Made by a program: the position numbers and the translations under genes
The notes under the pieces: generated by a model
Databases searched by the model: none
The model's input: the letters and a program-made list of their open reading frames with translations, nothing else
What the model was told of the DNA's origin: nothing
Shown: positions 49,873 through 60,856 of the stretch, piece after piece
How the letters are laid out: each line of letters starts with the position of its first letter
Numbering within the stretch: position 1 is the stretch's first letter
Origin: Obrimoposthia wandeli
Lineage: Eukaryota
Assembly (NCBI GenBank): GCA_977020255.1
Contig: CDROCS010005497.1
Location: 1 to 64,000 of the forward strand
Reading direction: 5' to 3'
DNA: 64,000 bases

Positions 49873-50262
49873 TTATCTCACATATACTTCGTTAACTACT
49901 GCTACGAAGTTCCCATTGCTAACTGTACTACAATCTACAGCAAGCCTATACATAGCTTTAGGATAATAACCATCAGCCCTATCCCCTCTCTCATATACTA
50001 AAGTATCTACAAACGCATTGTGCAGTATAATTTTAAGCTTACCACCGGCAGCGTTATCAACCTCTACAACACCTACTGCAGGATCATCTATCATATTAAT
50101 AGTAGCCTTAACTATATCATCGCTTAGACTATATAACCTAACTTCAAACGTATCAGTAATATCTATTACCATAGGAAGTGTAGAACTGTCTTGTTTAATT
50201 GTAAGAATAAATTCATTACTCATTCCTCTGTTAATTGTAAACTTGTCTATATCGCATGCCAT
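49873..50262 (-). CDS. putative structural protein
   Basis: 129 aa, beta-rich, in the structural cluster. Confidence 0.5.
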   Translation of the reverse strand: MACDIDKFTINRGMSNEFILTIKQDSSTLPMVIDITDTFEVRLYSLSDDIVKATINMIDDPAVGVVEVDNAAGGKLKIILHNAFVDTLVYERGDRADGYYPKAMYRLAVDCSTVSNGNFVAVVNEVYVR

Positions 50263-50288
50263 GTTATCTCCTTTAAAAATAAGTCATT

Positions 50289-50320
50289 AAAAAAGCCAGC
50301 CTAGTTAACTAGACTGGCTC
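50289..50320 (-). terminator. intrinsic terminator
   Basis: GCCAGTCTAG-TTAA-CTAGGCTGGC followed by TTTTTT on the - strand. Confidence 0.8.
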
Positions 50321-50331
50321 GATAAAGACTC

Positions 50332-50832
50332 TTAATCTTCGTATGATATTGAATATCTTTTTCTCATCACAACCATAGCTAAGCCAGTTGACTCATCTTT
50401 AACGTGATGTGGAATTTTAACTTCCTTCAATGAATCAATATGTCCTTGCCTAACCTCAACAGCCTTATTCAATGGCAATGTCATTTGGCCTAAGTCAAAA
50501 TACATATTTGAACAGTTTATCTTACAACTTGACGTCTGACTGTTAACTCTTTGATCATTATCAGTAATAGTTACAACTCTTGTCTTTTCAGCAGCATCTT
50601 TAGCGTCTCTAATTCTTTGTGCTTTACTCTTCTTCCCATTACCACTCACAGCAGATTTCTCTTCAGCTTGTTCGACAACCTCTAAGGCTTCCTCGATTTC
50701 TTTTCCTGAAGTCTCTTGTGACTCATAATATGCGTCTATCTTTTCTTTAAGCTTACCAGCGCCTATCTTACCATTAAAGGCTAAGCCTAGTTCTGTAGCT
50801 TCCGCTCTTAATTCTTCTATTGTTTGTTCCAT
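50332..50832 (-). CDS. structural protein (N4 gp55-like)
   Basis: LRAEATELGL.F..KIG..KLKEKI N-terminal motif; directly downstream of the capsid gene. Confidence 0.6.
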   Translation of the reverse strand: MEQTIEELRAEATELGLAFNGKIGAGKLKEKIDAYYESQETSGKEIEEALEVVEQAEEKSAVSGNGKKSKAQRIRDAKDAAEKTRVVTITDNDQRVNSQTSSCKINCSNMYFDLGQMTLPLNKAVEVRQGHIDSLKEVKIPHHVKDESTGLAMVVMRKRYSISYED

Positions 50833-50883
50833 AATTTCTAATTCCTCATAGGTTATTTAGTTTTGTTTTAGTATTATATAAAG

Positions 50884-50906
50884 TGAAAGAGGGTCACCCC
50901 TCTCTC
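50884..50906 (-). terminator. terminator after the major capsid gene
   Basis: AGAGGG-GTGA-CCCTCT then TTCACTTT on the - strand. Confidence 0.6.
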
Positions 50907-50914
50907 AAATGTTA

Positions 50915-52096
50915 CTATCTGTTAGCCGCAACTAACATTTTAAGTAAACATTCTTCTCTTAGGATTAATCCTGCGTAGAAGAAGTTGTAACTGAAGAAAC
51001 CTTGGTTTCCATAAGCGTTTGTTCTATCTAACTCAGTAGGAGCCATAGAGTTGAATTTGATCTTACCTTCTCCTCTTAAACCTAAAGTTGCAAATGCACC
51101 TTCAGTAGGGAATAAGATTGGGTAAACATCAAACTTACCGTCTGAACCAGCAGTACCAGTATAAGCTAAGTCACCAACGTAACCAGCAGCTACAGCAGCA
51201 CCTTCTTGTGAGTATACAACAGCACTTTCAGATTCAATGAATCTAACTTCATGCATAGAACCAACTTCACCATCAGCTGCTTTTTGAGCATCACCATACT
51301 TTTCAATTGATCTATAAACAAACTCAGTTTCTGCACCAGTACCTCTAGTTAAGCCTTCTAAGTCAGCTTTAACGTCTGCACCTATAATAGCATAGAATGC
51401 TTTAGCAATAGGGTTAGTTCCAACTTTATTTGAACCCATAACAATTTGTGTATTTTTCTTAGCCCTATTTCTAACTAATTTTCTAACACCTTTTCTGATT
51501 AAATCATATGAAACTTTCCAGTCATCATCTTCAGAACCATCATCGGCAATAGCATTAGCAACAGTAGCTAACGAAGTAGCAGACCCTGAGTAAATTGCAG
51601 TACCAGTTCCTAACATATCTAATTGAATTAAGTCTTCATATCTTGAGTTGGCTAATTCACCTAATTCTTCTCTATATCTAGTTTGAATAGAGTCTTCTGA
51701 GAATAGTTCAACATCATCAGTATAGTCAATCATTTCACCATATCTAGCTAAAGTAGCTTCAACAGTAATCTTGTGTAAAGATCTCTTATTAACAGCACCT
51801 GCACCCTCAGCTAACTGAGCATTAGTTAATGAAGTAGAAACGTCATCAGCAGTTCTAGCAGTCATATAACCTTTTGCAGCAAAATCAGCATCACCAAATG
51901 CTCTATCATACATGTGTTCAAACCTAGAGATCTTAAACGTCTTACCTGATTTCTTAGGTTGAGACTTTCTGTCTGCCCACTGTCCATATGTGTTAACTCT
52001 GTTTGCAGCTTTTAAACCTGCTCTATCATAGTAATGTACAATTGTGTTTTCACCAGCTGTACTATTTACACCATTTCCATATACGTTTGTTGCCAT
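50915..52096 (-). CDS. major capsid protein, N4 gp56 family
   Basis: 393 aa; PKKSGKTFK, YGEMIDYTD, GEVGSMHEVRFIE, DVYPIL, AYGNQGFFSYNFFYAGLILR. Confidence 0.88.
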   Translation of the reverse strand: MATNVYGNGVNSTAGENTIVHYYDRAGLKAANRVNTYGQWADRKSQPKKSGKTFKISRFEHMYDRAFGDADFAAKGYMTARTADDVSTSLTNAQLAEGAGAVNKRSLHKITVEATLARYGEMIDYTDDVELFSEDSIQTRYREELGELANSRYEDLIQLDMLGTGTAIYSGSATSLATVANAIADDGSEDDDWKVSYDLIRKGVRKLVRNRAKKNTQIVMGSNKVGTNPIAKAFYAIIGADVKADLEGLTRGTGAETEFVYRSIEKYGDAQKAADGEVGSMHEVRFIESESAVVYSQEGAAVAAGYVGDLAYTGTAGSDGKFDVYPILFPTEGAFATLGLRGEGKIKFNSMAPTELDRTNAYGNQGFFSYNFFYAGLILREECLLKMLVAANR

Positions 52097-52133
52097 CTTT
52101 TATTTCCTTGTTTTTGAATTAAAAAGAGAGAAC

Positions 52134-53336
52134 TTACATCCTCTCTTGAAGTGCCTTGTACCAATCATCAAATCCCTCATCGGAATCATCTAACAAGTTT
52201 GTACTCTTCTTAGTTCCTACAGCCTTTTTAGTCGGTGCAGCTGCCTTACGAGCAGTTGAAGCTTTTTTAGTAGCAGCTCTTTTAGCTGCGTTAGCCTTAA
52301 CGTCTCTAACCTTTTGTTGTTCAGCCTCTTTAGCTTCTCTAGCATCTTTAGCTTGTAGCCTTGATGCTTCTAAAGCCTTAACTTGTGCTTCCTCTTGGAA
52401 GTACTGTCTTGAAGCAAGTTCGTAGTATTTCAAATCATCTGCTTTACCATTATCATATACTTTTAATTTCTGAGCTATTGGATTGATCTTATCATACATC
52501 CCACTCTTAACATCTACATGCAGTAAGTCTAATAGTTCTGGTCTTTTAGAGATTTGGTCTCTACTTGCGCTATCAAAGCCTGTGACAACAGATTCCGTAT
52601 ATTTAAATTCAGCTTCTCCGCCAATTTTATCAACAATATCTTTAATTTCTAATTCAGTCTCACTCCGACCATAATCCTGTGGCACATAATCACCAATATC
52701 TTCTGTTTCTAAATCGAGGGCGTCGACGCTTGTTCTCTTTAGTAAACTAGAAATTGCATTCTTATCTCCCTTCAGTACCTCTATCGCTAAGTTTATATCT
52801 TCATGGCTTAAGTTAGCTTGCTCTATGGCATCTATCGTCTTAGTCCAAGGTTTTATACGCTGAGTCTTTTGAGTGTAATTCATCGCTTGCCCAAATATCT
52901 TGGGGAATTGATCCATCATCTCTGATTCAGTTAATTCGTAATCAACATTATTTGCTCTAAACTTACGTTTTGCTACTGGCTGTGGTGTTTCTACATCAGT
53001 TTCTTTAGTGTCTTCAGTTTGTTCATCTTCTTCGTTGATGTCTCCGTCAAGTTCATCATCATCAGTTTCTGAGGCTTCGTCTACTTCATCTTCATCTGTA
53101 TCGTCATCACTAGTATCATCATCGGAATCCATATCAGGTTGTTCCAAGTCATCTACATCTTCTTCTAATTCATCTTCAATATCGTCTTCAACAATATCTT
53201 CCTGTACATCTTCTTCTATAGTACCTTCATCTTCATCTTCTAACTCTGTATCAGGAGAATCCTGACCAGCCTTAGCTTCCTTAAATGCAGCTTCTAAGTC
53301 TTCATCAGACATATCAAATAAGTCAGTTTCATTCAT
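52134..53336 (-). CDS. acidic scaffold/tape-measure-like protein (N4 gp57-like)
   Basis: MSDED start, long D/E tract, KFRANNVDYEL, ends SDEGFDDWY; immediately upstream of the capsid gene. Confidence 0.7.
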   Translation of the reverse strand: MNETDLFDMSDEDLEAAFKEAKAGQDSPDTELEDEDEGTIEEDVQEDIVEDDIEDELEEDVDDLEQPDMDSDDDTSDDDTDEDEVDEASETDDDELDGDINEEDEQTEDTKETDVETPQPVAKRKFRANNVDYELTESEMMDQFPKIFGQAMNYTQKTQRIKPWTKTIDAIEQANLSHEDINLAIEVLKGDKNAISSLLKRTSVDALDLETEDIGDYVPQDYGRSETELEIKDIVDKIGGEAEFKYTESVVTGFDSASRDQISKRPELLDLLHVDVKSGMYDKINPIAQKLKVYDNGKADDLKYYELASRQYFQEEAQVKALEASRLQAKDAREAKEAEQQKVRDVKANAAKRAATKKASTARKAAAPTKKAVGTKKSTNLLDDSDEGFDDWYKALQERM

Positions 53337-53340
53337 CTGC

Positions 53341-53646
53341 CTACCCCTCTAAGTCTTCGTCTTGTGGTTCTCCAAGATTAGCAATAGTGATAAAGTAGTC
53401 CTGTAATTGTGAAATTGCAATCAGCGATTCCATAACATCCGGTCTTTTACCATTTCTCTTAATGTAATCAGTTGCTAACATACTAACACCGTTTACAGCC
53501 TTATCTTTGAAGTACCCATCAAGAATAACACTCTTGAAGTCCTCATTCGATTCTAATCTTCTTAACGATTGAGCTTTCTCTACCCAATAATCATTCTCTA
53601 CTTCTACTAAATCTACATTCTCAGTAGTCTGGTTAATTGCTGACAT
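53341..53646 (-). CDS. conserved N4 gp58-like small protein
   Basis: LRRLESNEDFKSVILDGYF motif; conserved position. Confidence 0.6.
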   Translation of the reverse strand: MSAINQTTENVDLVEVENDYWVEKAQSLRRLESNEDFKSVILDGYFKDKAVNGVSMLATDYIKRNGKRPDVMESLIAISQLQDYFITIANLGEPQDEDLEG

Positions 53647-53756
53647 TTAGCAATTCCTCCTATTATTGATTTTTGTAGGTACTATCTTGTGTAACGATGT
53701 ACTACTGTTCCAATTATACACTACTGATGCTTAAGACTACCTTACGGTAGCCTTAC

Positions 53757-54257
53757 TTAAACTAATTCATCTTCTGATAATTTTGCACTAGCAGCAATAA
53801 CATGTCTAAATTCTCTTTGACTGAAGAAACCGTAGTACTTAACATCGTCAGCTAAATGTGTTTCAAAATCTAAATCTTCAACATCACTATCATTAACACC
53901 ATCACCGTCGATATCTCTAATATTAACATAACCATAAGCTTCTAATAATTGCTTTAGTAAGTCTTGCTCAGTTTTACCATCCATAATCTTTTCATCAAAT
54001 GACCAGTGAATGAACTCTTCATTATTGAATATTTTAGTTGGTACAAATTTAGCACCTAAATGCTCACTAACACCATTGATACTTAAATATCTAATAATAG
54101 TACCATCTTGATCTTTAACAGCCATACGTTCCATTGGAATCTCAATAGCATTTGCTTCATTGAAATACATTACAAACTGATGACCATCTGATACTACATC
54201 TACTAAACCTTGTGTGTTGATTACTTCTGTGTTTTCTAATATTTCTGTGTTTTCCAT
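53757..54257 (-). CDS. hypothetical acidic protein
   Basis: 166 aa, AAGGA RBS. Confidence 0.55.
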   Translation of the reverse strand: MENTEILENTEVINTQGLVDVVSDGHQFVMYFNEANAIEIPMERMAVKDQDGTIIRYLSINGVSEHLGAKFVPTKIFNNEEFIHWSFDEKIMDGKTEQDLLKQLLEAYGYVNIRDIDGDGVNDSDVEDLDFETHLADDVKYYGFFSQREFRHVIAASAKLSEDELV

Positions 54258-54271
54258 TTTAATTCCTTAAT

Positions 54272-55840
54272 TTAATTTGATTCTAATAAGCCAGCTTTTA
54301 CAGCCTTATTATAACGATACTCTACTTCAACTGCACTCATAGCTTTGTCGTATACTTTGAACTGTTTAATACCACCTGTGAAGCCACCAGAATTGGCAGT
54401 AAAGTCTGCACCAATAACAACCTCACCAGAGTATTTAATAATAGAGGGACTATTTTTAATGCCAAGAGACGTACCATCAACAAAAACTTCTATACTCTTA
54501 TCTGTAATAACTAAAACAAAATGTGCATAATCGTTTTGCATTGTAAAACTAGTATACCCATAACTATTTGCATTAATTCCTACATTGTTATCACTATTCT
54601 CGTTAAATCTCATGTACAAAGGAGTACCTCCTTCCGAAAATAATATGTTCCCAAAACCTGCAAGATCTCCACTTCTTTTACCAATAACTACTTCTATTGT
54701 TTTTTCTTCATCAGTCTTAACAACATACCCTGTGTGTAGATATCCTGAGTCATCACATTCCAATCTATCAAAACTTGAGGCACAAGGAACACCTATTAAA
54801 TCTCTCTTCATTGATGAAGTTTGAATACCATAAGGTAATTGCTTAGCATCATCTTTACATGAAGTTGTAGCATTAATGATAGGGTAGATGCTTGAGATTT
54901 CTTGAACTTTAAAGTTATCAATATCCACATCAAATAATACCTCCCCATCAAAATAAGTAACTAAATAGTTATAAGACCCATTACCTTGTGAAAATATAAA
55001 TTCATGATGTCCAGTTGTAAGTATTTTATTAATTACTGTGGCATTACCATTATACAACTTGTTGAATCTGCATTCACCACTATTAACAACAATATCCATG
55101 GATAGTTTATAAATTTTGGATGTATCACTTACAGGAATAGCATGTACTAAATAGGGCCTATCAATGTAGGTACCAGTGGTTGTAACCTTAAGATTTGTAT
55201 GAATATCTGAATACCTAGTGTAGCTTCCAGACTCATCTCCCCAAGTTGCATCATCTTCATCGATTAAACCAATAGGGCTACCCTCGATATAACTCTTCAT
55301 ATTTCTAGCATAATCATCTTTCTCACACATAGGCATAGCTAATACACAGCTATCATCTTTAAGAGCGTCAAAGTAAAACTTCTCAGGATACTCAAAATTC
55401 TTCTTAATTTCTATAGGAGTAAGTGGTCTATTATGAAAATAAATATCTTTTATAGTACCAGTAAAGCTACTATCAGGATGAGATATTGACCCAACACCGT
55501 CAAATCTAGTGTTGTCAGGAGTAACTTTGCTTATTAACTCACCATTTTTATAAGTACTAATAGTAGAGCCATTAGATACTATGGAGAAAGTGCCTTCTGT
55601 AACATCTTGAATAAGTATATAATTTGTACCACTATAAAAAACTAAGTCACCAGCAGATATCCAGATAACCCTGTAAACACTAGAATTTTTAAGTATGTAA
55701 CCATCTAGAGTATCACCAACTAAACAAAATGTAGCTGTCCATCCAGTATTAATAGGGCTATTATCATCAGTCACCACATATTGATCAACTCCATTAAATT
55801 TAGTCCCTTGTCCAAAATAGGACTTTGCATTGTAACTCAT
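54272..55840 (-). CDS. LamG/concanavalin-like virion protein, paralog 3
   Basis: YFGQGTKFNGVDQYV, KDIYFHNRPLT, CVLAMPMCE, KQLPYGIQ, QFKVYDKAMS. Confidence 0.65.
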   Translation of the reverse strand: MSYNAKSYFGQGTKFNGVDQYVVTDDNSPINTGWTATFCLVGDTLDGYILKNSSVYRVIWISAGDLVFYSGTNYILIQDVTEGTFSIVSNGSTISTYKNGELISKVTPDNTRFDGVGSISHPDSSFTGTIKDIYFHNRPLTPIEIKKNFEYPEKFYFDALKDDSCVLAMPMCEKDDYARNMKSYIEGSPIGLIDEDDATWGDESGSYTRYSDIHTNLKVTTTGTYIDRPYLVHAIPVSDTSKIYKLSMDIVVNSGECRFNKLYNGNATVINKILTTGHHEFIFSQGNGSYNYLVTYFDGEVLFDVDIDNFKVQEISSIYPIINATTSCKDDAKQLPYGIQTSSMKRDLIGVPCASSFDRLECDDSGYLHTGYVVKTDEEKTIEVVIGKRSGDLAGFGNILFSEGGTPLYMRFNENSDNNVGINANSYGYTSFTMQNDYAHFVLVITDKSIEVFVDGTSLGIKNSPSIIKYSGEVVIGADFTANSGGFTGGIKQFKVYDKAMSAVEVEYRYNKAVKAGLLESN

Positions 55841-55841
55841 C

Positions 55842-57863
55842 TTAGTTGCCTCCTTTATTATTTATATATCTTGTTTGTGTTTCGTTGCCTATGACTTTTT
55901 GTACTGAAATATTACCAACAAGTATGTTTCCTGTCCCTGTTGTAATTGGTGCTATAACTTGAACTCTTTTAAATGTACTACTTGTGGTACCTGTTCCACT
56001 AAACTCACCTGTAACACCAGCTGGAATTGTTATAACTTTTTCTGTACCTACATACCCATATACTGCCATAGGGTAGTTATTCTCAAGAACAGTATAAGAC
56101 ATTTTTACAGTTAAAGGCTCAGCAAAAATAACATTATCCCATATTTGAGCATACCCCCAGTCACTAATAGTTGTTACCCTAACACTACTACCTTCTTCTG
56201 TCACTACAGAGTTGGCATTTCCGTTAACCCATTTATCATTACTTGCTAACTCAATACCGTCAGTCTCATATTCTTCTAACGTAGCACTATTAGTAAATCC
56301 ACCATAATCAATGATAGGTTTATCATCGTCAAACATTAAGAAATTATCTATTGCTTTGTTGTATCTGTATTTAACTTCTAGTTCTGTCATAGCATGAGGG
56401 AACACTTTGAAGTCTCTAGTATTCAGAGGAGAAGGGATAACACCATTATACTTATTTAAAGCACCTATGAAAAAAGGTGTTTCACAGATACCAGGAGAAC
56501 TGAGTGTTAAAGTTCTTCGTAGTGAAGCATCCTTATAGCAGTAAACAACACCACTGTCAAATACAAAATCCAATTTAGTATTTACATCAACGGGAATTGG
56601 TGTTATGTTATTATATGCACTATCAGCAGATACTGATAAATACATATTACCATTAGAGTTAAAGCTAAGGTACAACCTGTTTGCTATTGCTATTGTATTT
56701 GTACCTATTTCATAAGTCTTAGCCTCGTCTTTTCTTATCACCATAGATAAGGTAAAATCACTAGAAAGGTTTGGAAGCCATCCAGTATCTAAATAACCAC
56801 TACCATCACACTCTAAGAACTTCTCACTATATTTACCTAATACTCCAGTACTTGTGTCAAACTTAGATGTTTGTAAACCATAAGGAAGTTGTTTAGCTAA
56901 GGCAGTAGTATCATTTGTAGCGTTAACTACTTCATGGATACCTGAGATTTCTTTTACTGAGATATTAGATACTGTAACTCCATCAATACTTGAGTATATT
57001 CTTATTTGTCCAGTCCCTACACTCTCTATTAAAATTTCTGTTACACCATTTTTCTCTATCGGTATCACAGTAAGATTATTGTATTTAACGTGTATTGCGC
57101 CTGAGGAGTAATCATCAACTTCTACTGAATACAATAATCTAGTACCAATTGGCTTAGTAATATACTGATATATACTCCCGCCCCCTGTTAATGTTAAAAA
57201 GGTGCCATTCGCATTAGCAGTCCAGTTAGCATCAAAGACCCAACTGTTACTATCTAGGAGTTCCTCACCTAAACTAAACTCACTATAATTAACTGCATAA
57301 TTCTCATATGCACTACCATTCAACTCACACATAGGCATGTTAACAATACAAGTATCATCTACTAATGCATCATTGAAGAACTTCTCTGGTTGTTTAAAGC
57401 TCTTAGTAATTTCAGCTTGAGTCAAGGCTCTATTGAAGATGAAGAGGTCTTTAATAACACTAGGGTAATATCCACCACTACCATTATATATTCTACCTAT
57501 CGTACAACTACTAGCAGATATAACCCCAGCAGGAAGACCTCTAAACTCTGATTCAAAACTACCATTCAAGTAGCAAGTTATGGTACCACTAACCCTATCG
57601 AGAATAACTTTAAAATTACCTTTTGTTGTTGACACAGGAATGTATACCCAGCCATAAGGTTGAACATACATTCTTAGCTCACCGCTCGTAAATGTAATTC
57701 TAGAAATAAGTACATTAAAGTCAAAAATTGTACCATTAGCCTCCTCAGTAGTAGTGAAACCAAAGCTTAATACAGAGGAGTCTATACCCACAGCTATTGG
57801 TACATACTGGTCTATCCCATTAAACTTTTTACCTTGACCGAAGTAACTTTTTATATTAGGCAT
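55842..57863 (-). CDS. LamG/concanavalin-like virion protein, paralog 2
   Basis: YFGQGKKFNGIDQYV, KDLFIFNRALTQAEI, CIVNMPMCE, KQLPYGLQ. Confidence 0.65.
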   Translation of the reverse strand: MPNIKSYFGQGKKFNGIDQYVPIAVGIDSSVLSFGFTTTEEANGTIFDFNVLISRITFTSGELRMYVQPYGWVYIPVSTTKGNFKVILDRVSGTITCYLNGSFESEFRGLPAGVISASSCTIGRIYNGSGGYYPSVIKDLFIFNRALTQAEITKSFKQPEKFFNDALVDDTCIVNMPMCELNGSAYENYAVNYSEFSLGEELLDSNSWVFDANWTANANGTFLTLTGGGSIYQYITKPIGTRLLYSVEVDDYSSGAIHVKYNNLTVIPIEKNGVTEILIESVGTGQIRIYSSIDGVTVSNISVKEISGIHEVVNATNDTTALAKQLPYGLQTSKFDTSTGVLGKYSEKFLECDGSGYLDTGWLPNLSSDFTLSMVIRKDEAKTYEIGTNTIAIANRLYLSFNSNGNMYLSVSADSAYNNITPIPVDVNTKLDFVFDSGVVYCYKDASLRRTLTLSSPGICETPFFIGALNKYNGVIPSPLNTRDFKVFPHAMTELEVKYRYNKAIDNFLMFDDDKPIIDYGGFTNSATLEEYETDGIELASNDKWVNGNANSVVTEEGSSVRVTTISDWGYAQIWDNVIFAEPLTVKMSYTVLENNYPMAVYGYVGTEKVITIPAGVTGEFSGTGTTSSTFKRVQVIAPITTGTGNILVGNISVQKVIGNETQTRYINNKGGN

Positions 57864-60478
57864 TATTCACCTCCTTTATTTTCTATGTAGCTTGTTTGTG
57901 GCTCTTGTACTATTTTTTGTACTGAGATTCTTGAGACTAGGCCTTTTGCGGTTCCAGCAGATTTTATTTGAACTCTTTGAGTTACTGTGCCTAATTGCGT
58001 CCAGCTACCAGAAACATAGCTACCAGAGGATATTGGTTGAGTCGGAGTTGCAAAATCAATATGAAGTCTAGTAGAACCTCCTGTTAAAGATTGTTCATAC
58101 TCATAAAAGTAAGTAACACCATCTAAATACGTTTCAACTGCTGTATTTTCTCTAAATATTGTACCGTTGTGAGTAGTAGTAGAAAAAGTAGCTACTCCCT
58201 CAGAAACAACTGTATCATTATATATTTGCCATTTTGAGTAATCATTGATGAAAGTATCCGCTACCAGCTCTATACCATCTGTTTGATATTCACTCAATGT
58301 ATCCATATAATTAAATCCAGTTAAGTTAATATCACCTTTAGCTTTATTGTCAAATAATATACCATTCTCTAATACATAATCAACAGAAGCTTGTCTATCA
58401 TACTTATCAAAGTTAGATTCATCATAAATCTTAAAGTGTCTTAGTGTACCTGTTGGACTTGCATGTGTACTCGTTGAAAAATTTTCACCAGAGTGTGACA
58501 ATACGTGGGAGTTTTTAGTCTTTTCAGTACCGTCAAGTATTATAGTAACGTCTATTTCTGTAACTTCAATAATAACATGATGAGCAAAACTATCTACAAC
58601 TGTTGTAGTATACACTAATAAACCACTATTATAATTATATATCCCAAGCGTACCAGCCTCATTCCAAGGATTACTAATTCTTATGGTAAACCCATCTGTA
58701 TTATTTGAAGAAGAAATTAATATTTCATCAACAACTTTAGCTCCCCTCTCAACTACAAAATCAAATACAAACTTAGCTCCCAAATCAGAGTCTTTCATAT
58801 CTAAACTTATAGCAGGTACTTGTTTGCCATCCATTTCATAATAAGGACTAACATCTTGAATCACTCCATTAACATCTCTATCTAACTTACTATTCTGTAA
58901 TCCATAAGGAATGTTTAAAGCTAAGTCTCTTGAATCATTTGTTGGGTTTGTTATTTCGTGGACTCCTGAAACTTGTTTTACTGAGATATTGTCAAAATGA
59001 GAACCAGTAGAATTACTACCTAGTCTAGGTCTAATAGCTGTAATTTCATCAAAGTAGTAAACCCCATCGACATAGTTATTGTCTATATTCGTACTACTTG
59101 TTCTAACTGTTTCACCACCAGTAAATTCAAGGTGAGGATTACCATCACCACCATCTCTACCACAATTAGCAGTGACATGAAAATATCCAGTTAGTGTTTC
59201 AGCAAAGTCTTGTTTTGGACTCTGTCCAGTAATTCCAGTTACTAACATAGCACCATCATCCTGAATCATAGAAGAAGCAGACCATTGATTCCATTCACTC
59301 AAGTCTACATCAAAAGTACCATTAAGAACTTCTTCACTACCTAAACTAAACTCACTATAATTAATTGGATGACCACTATAAGCTCCATCTTTATCTTCAC
59401 ACATAGGCATATTCAATACACAAGTATTATCATTCTTAGAATCTATAAAGAACTGTTCAGGTTGTTTGTAGCTCTTAGTTATCTCTGCTTGTGTTAATGC
59501 TCTGTTGAAGATATAAAAGTCTTTTAGTGTTGCTTCAATAAAATTAGTATTGTTGCCACCTTGACCAATCATCATGGTTGCATTATTATTTGTAACATTA
59601 AAACCTGTTAAATTTTCCGAGATAACCTCAATACCATCAATATATGCAGTTAAGCTAATACCACTTAACACCTCTACATATATTACTTTATTGTATACCT
59701 CTGCAACAACTTCATAAAAATAATATATATTGTTAAGGTTCAGTAGAACCTGGAGCTTACCACCTCTAAGTCTTATGCCGTTTTGTCCATAGTATGAACC
59801 AATAACATTACCAGAGAAGTTATCCCCAATAGGAGTAAACAGTGCAATTATATTACCACTTGCCCCGCTAGAATACCCACTATCAACACTCTGGTCTATA
59901 CCATTAAAATACACCCCATTACCACTATTTAAAGCCAATGGAGTACTTGAAGTACCTTTGTTTGTTATGTATCTTTTGTTAGGTTCTTGGATTACTTTTT
60001 GAATTGAGATGTTATCAATCTCAATATATAGTGCTGAACTTTCTATGTATTTTAAGTTTATAGTAGGAGAAAGTGCTGTAAATGCTAGTTTAAACTTTCC
60101 ATCATTATTTAAATATGTTAAGTTACAAGCACCATAAATAAACACAGAACCAGCAGTAAATCCGCTAATATCCAGAGATACTAAGTAGCTTTCACCCACT
60201 ACTAGATTATCAAGCAATGAAAATGATGATCTGTACTGGCTCCCATTAATTAGAACTAATTTATTGTTAGAAATTTCCCAAGCAGATGGAAGATCCCAAC
60301 CACTATTACTATCAAACCCACCATTAGGCACCAACTCCACACCATCAGTAACATACTCTGGACTTGTTGTAACAGTCCAATCTCTATAATCTATTAAAGC
60401 TTGTGCTAAGGTTGTTGATACCGTAAAACTAACTGCCGCATATCTACTGAAAGATAGCATATCATTTAATCTAATCAT
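57863..60478 (-). CDS. LamG/concanavalin-like virion protein, paralog 1
   Basis: GVYFNGIDQSV, KDFYIFNRALTQAEI, CVLNMPMCE, NIPYGLQ. Confidence 0.65.
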   Translation of the reverse strand: MIRLNDMLSFSRYAAVSFTVSTTLAQALIDYRDWTVTTSPEYVTDGVELVPNGGFDSNSGWDLPSAWEISNNKLVLINGSQYRSSFSLLDNLVVGESYLVSLDISGFTAGSVFIYGACNLTYLNNDGKFKLAFTALSPTINLKYIESSALYIEIDNISIQKVIQEPNKRYITNKGTSSTPLALNSGNGVYFNGIDQSVDSGYSSGASGNIIALFTPIGDNFSGNVIGSYYGQNGIRLRGGKLQVLLNLNNIYYFYEVVAEVYNKVIYVEVLSGISLTAYIDGIEVISENLTGFNVTNNNATMMIGQGGNNTNFIEATLKDFYIFNRALTQAEITKSYKQPEQFFIDSKNDNTCVLNMPMCEDKDGAYSGHPINYSEFSLGSEEVLNGTFDVDLSEWNQWSASSMIQDDGAMLVTGITGQSPKQDFAETLTGYFHVTANCGRDGGDGNPHLEFTGGETVRTSSTNIDNNYVDGVYYFDEITAIRPRLGSNSTGSHFDNISVKQVSGVHEITNPTNDSRDLALNIPYGLQNSKLDRDVNGVIQDVSPYYEMDGKQVPAISLDMKDSDLGAKFVFDFVVERGAKVVDEILISSSNNTDGFTIRISNPWNEAGTLGIYNYNSGLLVYTTTVVDSFAHHVIIEVTEIDVTIILDGTEKTKNSHVLSHSGENFSTSTHASPTGTLRHFKIYDESNFDKYDRQASVDYVLENGILFDNKAKGDINLTGFNYMDTLSEYQTDGIELVADTFINDYSKWQIYNDTVVSEGVATFSTTTHNGTIFRENTAVETYLDGVTYFYEYEQSLTGGSTRLHIDFATPTQPISSGSYVSGSWTQLGTVTQRVQIKSAGTAKGLVSRISVQKIVQEPQTSYIENKGGE

Positions 60479-60486
60479 CTCAACTC

Positions 60487-60729
60487 CTACTTAGCGTAAA
60501 CTATAAGCGCATCCTCAGAGTTAGCTCTAGCCCATATCTTCCCTGAAAGTATTGTACTAGCAATAACACTCTTACAATTAAGTTCAAATGCTCCTACAGT
60601 ATCAGTAGGTTCGGTATCCGAAGCCTTAACAATAACTCCATTACGCTCATCTCTATTTTGTAGTATATAATCTTCACTATCACTAATAAGTTCCCATGTC
60701 TTGTTTAATTTAACTGAATAACTTGTCAT
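60487..60729 (-). CDS. small putative structural protein
   Basis: 80 aa, AAGGAAG RBS, ends KIWARA..LIVYAK. Confidence 0.55.
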   Translation of the reverse strand: MTSYSVKLNKTWELISDSEDYILQNRDERNGVIVKASDTEPTDTVGAFELNCKSVIASTILSGKIWARANSEDALIVYAK

Positions 60730-60856
60730 TTAACTTCCTTTAATTTTTGTTTCTTTTTACATTTCTTCTTCTTCCTAGGAGCCTTATCAACTCCAGCATA
60801 GTGGTGAACAGTATTCTGTCCGTCACCTCCACTATACATTTGAGCTAAGCCTTCCA

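Noticed and set aside
52980-53300. Low-complexity GAT/GAA repeats in the scaffold-like gene
   Set aside because: Explained by the ordinary acidic tract of N4 gp57-like proteins.
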